Virus record (IMG/VR): IMGVR_UViG_3300019360_000147
Span: 9,726-73,725 of that record
DNA length: 64,000 nt
Direction: 5' to 3' (one strand)
Source of the DNA: a virus
Shown here in pieces: positions 63,881 to 64,000 of the stretch. The position numbers were made by a program, and so were the translations under genes. Below the pieces are notes generated by a model. The model did not search any database and was not told the DNA's origin. It worked only from the letters and a program-made list of their open reading frames with translations. The first letter of the stretch is position 1. Each line of letters begins with the position of its first letter.

Positions 63881-64000
63881 TCGCGGTCGTGGTCGGGGTC
63901 GCGGTCGGGGTCGGGGTCGCGGTAGTGGTCGGGGGCGCGGTCGTGGTCGGGGTCGGGGGCGGGGTCGGGGTTGGGGGCGAGGCAGAGGGCGCCGGGGCGG
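63881..64000 (+). repeat. degenerate hexamer tandem repeat (TCGNGG)n, encoding Ser-(Gly/Arg/Trp)
   Basis: TCGCGG TCGTGG TCGGGG..., decaying toward the window end. Confidence 0.75.

Noticed and set aside
1-64000. Diversity-generating retroelement, cas genes, tRNA/rRNA, DNA polymerase/helicase
   Set aside because: No reverse transcriptase, TR/VR pair, cas motifs or cloverleaf recognised; replication genes probably lie outside the window.

Overview
The window looks like most of a GC-rich temperate, podovirus-like phage or prophage of a diderm host (overlapping i-/o-spanins); almost all genes are on the + strand. Layout: (1) 3-15020, a large glycan-biosynthesis operon (GT2s, GT-B protein, epimerase, NeuA/NeuB, PglK/MsbA-like ABC exporter, HAD phosphatase, Maf/DUF115-like transferase, KdsB-like, TylF and other methyltransferases, B12 radical SAM, two ParB-like proteins), carrying a cas-less 3-repeat CRISPR mini-array and an IS607-type tnpB. 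(2) 15017-21270, regulators, a candidate terminus/origin region containing a second, inverted, degenerate single-spacer CRISPR unit, small early genes and a tyrosine integrase. (3) 21333-58323, morphogenesis: terminase, Ser-rich heptad-repeat fibres followed by a second glycosyl/methyltransferase block, P22-like portal, N4-gp56-like capsid, a Wzy_C O-antigen-ligase/oligosaccharyltransferase, tail, several signal-peptide-bearing structural-type proteins, and a 1840-aa ejection protein with GHKL ATPase and HExxH domains. (4) 58323-64000, lysis genes interrupted by an IS605-type tnpB element, then an early regulatory operon. Best candidates for undescribed biology: a phage-encoded two-compartment glycosylation system (nonulosonate synthesis, flippase, ligase, exported and Ser-rich virion proteins), and a phage CRISPR-mimic RNA pair (mini-array plus a remote single-spacer unit) that would borrow host Cas proteins. 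All calls are by eye from motifs; no searches were run.
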